Shown here one piece after another: positions 60,001 through 64,000 of a DNA stretch of 64,000 nt. A model generated the notes under the pieces. It was not told the origin of the DNA. It ran no database searches and saw only the letters and a list, made by a program, of their open reading frames with translations. Position 1 is the first letter of the stretch. Every line of letters starts with the position of its first letter. The DNA comes from Guillardia theta CCMP2712 (Eukaryota > Protista > Cryptophyta), in assembly GCF_000315625.1 (NCBI RefSeq), contig NW_005434672.1:647004-711003 (forward strand), written 5' to 3'. Both the position numbers and the translations under genes were made by a program.

Positions 60001-62979
60001 GGAGGAAGCAGGAGGGCATGGCGAGCAAGCACCCAGCAGCAGTCTAGAGGCAGAGGTCGACAACCTGATGGAGCAACTGGCGAAGGAACTTTGACATGCT
60101 GTGAAGAAGGAAGATATGACGTCATCAGCAGGAGCGCGCCGTTAGCTCCTTCCTGTCGCTCCAACTCGACGAGGCAAATCGATTGGTTGAGGTCGCGAAC
60201 TCAGATGCCGACAATCTAGAAGAGGCGCTAGAGGTGAGGAAGGGAGTAGAAAAAGGGGAGAAGGAGATACGATGACGCTGAAGAAGGGGCGGTGGTGGTT
60301 GTGGACGGCAGTCAACGATTCTGTCAGATCGCCATCCACGACGGAGCTCTTCGGGACTACATCGCTGGGTTAGAGGAGGACTCAGAAGACGCAAAGAAGA
60401 AGCTGAGAAGCTTGGAGCAGCAACTCACTCACGTTGTTTCTTTTCCATATGCGCATGCTCTGCTTCTGACTTGCGCTGCTGCAGCTCTCATGGCAGTTGA
60501 GACAGTCGGAGGTGGCGAACAAGAGTCTGTTTGAGCAGGTGCAAGAGCTCGAGCGAGAACGAGAGACATTCAAGATTGCAGCAAAGGAGAAGACGAGGAA
60601 GTCCCAAGGTGGCAGAGACTCGCCTGCTTCTGCCTGACTCACTTGCTCCTGCAGCCCGTCCGACCGTCACGTCGAACAGGTCAGTGGGTCGCGATGACTC
60701 TATGAAGCTGCTGACAATCATTTTGTCTCCTCTCCCTTGAGAAGGCGGGCAAGGGAAATGGGAGTAGACGTCAGCTATGAAGGAGATGAGATGCATGACG
60801 ATCACTGCAAAGCTGCTATGATGAGCGAGGATCTTGAAAACTTCCGGAAAGAGGGAGTAGAGCATGCAAATAAGATGTCTCAATCAGTCTTGAGGGTGAT
60901 GTTCTTCTCTCCACCTGTATTCCTCCTGCCTCATGATCCATTATCGCCTCCTTGTCCTCCTCCTTCCCCTCCCTCCTCCCTCCTCCTTCCCCTCCTCGGT
61001 CTATTGTTTTGCCTTTCCCAACTTGCTGCCTTAATCTGAGAGCTTTGCAGTCTCAGATTGAAGAGCTTCAGGCAGATCTTCACCTCAGCAACTCAAACAT
61101 GGAGCTCATGTTTGAAGAGATGGAAGGAATGAGGTTGTCCCTTTATGTATCCTCTACCTCCTTACCTTCCTCCTTCTCCCCCTCCTCTCTTTTGTCTTAT
61201 CTTCTTCCATCTTCTCCACCCTCTCCCTCCCCTTCGTTTCCTTTCTCCATCCTTTCTTGGGTTATTCCTTATTCCTCCTGATCAAATCCCTCTCTGCGTT
61301 TCCTGCGCTTGCCATTCTTCCCTAACATGTCAATACCAAATGCCCTCGGCTTCTCCTCCTCATCACGAGTGTTTTCAGACATCAAATGCGAACTCAGACC
61401 AACGACATGCAGGTTTGTTTCTCCCTTTCTGCAGCCATCCATCCGTCCCTCTTCCTCCCTCTCCTGCTGATGGCTACTACAGCAAACATCTTTTGCTATT
61501 GGTGCTATCGAGTCTCTCGTCCTGCAGGTGCCTGATCAGTGGAGGAGCACGAGACTGTTGGTAGACTGCTTGACTCTCGGCAGATCGCTTCCTCCCTACA
61601 CCTTGTACTTCTCTGTCCGTCACTTCAGTAAGTCCTTTTCGCCATCCTTGGCCTCTCCCCTCCTCCTCTCCTCCTCTTTGTGCTCCTCACTTGTGATCAG
61701 AAACCGAGAACATGACGAGACATTACAATCCTCGAGAATTGCACGTCAGGTGGAGAGGTACGAAAATCACTAGATCGAATCGTCGTCATCCTCATCTTGA
61801 TCGTCATCGCTATCATTGTATTTATCGTGAACATATGACCATTATCATTACCATTACCATTTCAATTACTATGAGCATTATCATTACCATGAACTTTATC
61901 ACCATGAACTTTATCACCATCAACATCACCATCATATCATTATCATGATCGTCATCACTATCATTGCCATTACCATTAACATGATCATGATCATGATTAT
62001 TAAACTATTAATAATCATCGTCATCGTCATCGTTGTCATCGTCATAATCATTGTCATCATGATAATAATGATAATAATGATAATCACTATCATTATCGTC
62101 ATCACTATCACCATCATAAAGTCAATTATCCTTATCATCGCCACGACCACAACCCACAAGCGACAACCAAAACCACCGATTCAAACTTCTCATCAGGCAA
62201 TTCAATCACATGCACCGTCCCCCTCAGCTGCCAACCTGCAAATTTGATCCTTACACGTACGAGAACCCCACCCTCTCCTTCATCGTCTTCTCAACGTTCA
62301 CTATTCCATCCCTCCACAACCTCGTTCTCTTCCTCACTTTGTCTTCAGTTGCATTCGCATGCTCGACGACGCATCAACTTATCTTCGCGCGGCTGCTCGC
62401 AGGATGCAGACGAGGCTGCGGGAGCATATGGCGATCATCACTGCAGTGCTACACGAGACGAGGGACATCCATGCGAGCACGCGGGAGGAATTGAAGAGAA
62501 TAGCTTCCATCTGTGCTCCTGCTCTTGCGCAAGGGTCTCAAGGCGCAACATCAATTGTAGAGACCAAGGAAGGGACGAGGATGCAGCAAGCGTATGGACA
62601 GGCCCGAACAGAACGAGGTCATGACAACATCGAAGCTGCAAGGATGAGGGGAAGCGAGAAGGTACAGGGGAGAAATGAAGATCAAGAGGACGGAGAGCTG
62701 CAAGAGGAGCGTGAACTGCTTGTGCAGAAGGTGAGGGACTACAAGGAGCTGTCGGAACTACTGGAACGGGGGATGGAACACATGAGAAGAAAGCATGAAG
62801 CTGCTGTACGGCAGGTGAAGGCAAATGCTCTTCGACACGCGCAGCAGTTGAGGAGGATGATGAACTCGATGCTTCTCCTTGTCCGCAGTGGTCAGCTACA
62901 GCACCTCCAATCTCTCGACTTGCAAACTTTGTCAAATATGATCGGAGGAAATGATCACGTAGGAGATGAAGAGGGTTGA
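57087..62979 (+). CDS. Long multi-exon coiled-coil protein(s); exon structure not fully resolved
   Basis: Successive E/K/R/L heptad-rich exons (ORFs at 56957, 58995, 59540, 60292, 62359) separated by GT-AG introns. Confidence 0.5.
61790..62140. repeat. Degenerate (ATC/ATT)n tract
   Basis: Seen directly. Confidence 0.9.
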
Positions 62980-63766
62980 AGAGTTCAAGTCTTGTCTTGT
63001 ACATTATGATATTGATTGTAGAAAGATGAACATCTCTCTTCAGTCTCTGATGGTCCCCACGAGCGAGTACTTGTCGGAAAAAAACTTTTCCCAGTGGTTT
63101 AAGCTTGAAAAGAGCGTAAGTGGGAGATGGAGATCCATCCTTCACCTGTGAAGCTCCTTCTCTCCGAAGTCGGCGGTGGAGGGATCAAGGGCGTCTAACC
63201 TTGTGTTCATTCTCCAGCCCTCATCCTCACTCTCACCCACCTGGTTCCGTTTGCATCTTTCCCAGCATTCTTGATGCGTCTCTTCCGGCAAAGCAGTTGT
63301 ATGGACCTCCGGGCCCTGCCGCCTCTCGTCACCGGCAATGCCGCGCTATCGGTTGTCACCATAGAAGTTGGCGCCGGCAGTCACGTCATAGACTTTACCC
63401 TAACAAGATGAAACTCATGAATCCTCACATCAACATCCCAACTTCTTACCCTCAAGCCAACAAGAATAGGTTTGTCTGGCACCTGGCCACCATTCAACAA
63501 GGAACAAAACAAGAACCCTTTTCACCTTGCCGTCATGATGCTTCAAATCCTCCCGCGTAAATTCCTTGCTCATCTCGCCTGAAGACTGCAAAATCTATCA
63601 GCCTCAGCCTCATCACTTTTCTGCTCCATCCCTCCATCCAGCTCCTCTCTTCCTCCCTGCTTCTCCGTCACCGCATTGCACCCTACTGTTACGACTGCTC
63701 TTGGTTGACTGAATCCTCTACTCAAAGTTAAGTTAAAATCAGTACGAGGTCTAAAAAGAACCGTCT

Positions 63767-63957
<191 letters not shown>

Positions 63958-64000
63958 AGAGAGAAAAGTCACAAGTCACAATCTGTGTACGAACTTCCTT

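Overview
Gene-dense eukaryotic nuclear DNA with many short (about 45-65 nt) GT-AG introns, often filled with (GAGAG)n/(CAT)n microsatellites. Intron style, a signal-peptide+AF plastid-targeting motif and TTTAGGG remnants suggest a cryptophyte-type alga (inference). Recognisable genes: a DUF3727-like plastid protein, CDK7-like kinase, HIS3, a PDZ membrane protein, ataxin-10, a degenerate MDP-1-like phosphatase, a roughly 10 kb C2-C1-DUF4062-NACHT-WD40 gene, a PH/coiled-coil/PDZ gene, a SLOG-SLATT-SLATT gene, a small SET gene, an S8 subtilase, eIF2D, a SPATA17-like IQ protein, a WW protein and a long coiled-coil gene. The strongest discovery is an apparent new selenoprotein at 44714-45250 (-): signal peptide, in-frame UGA at the mature N-terminus, two cyanovirin-N-like repeats and C-terminal KAEL, with a well-formed type II SECIS in its 3' UTR (44477-44547). 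Also notable is a 34.4-38.2 kb block holding a solo-LTR-like insert, a satellite that diverges almost only by short insertions, and a SET gene enclosed by about 460 bp inverted arms that each carry an A1:U72 tRNA-Gly. All exon boundaries were read by eye; no database search was run.
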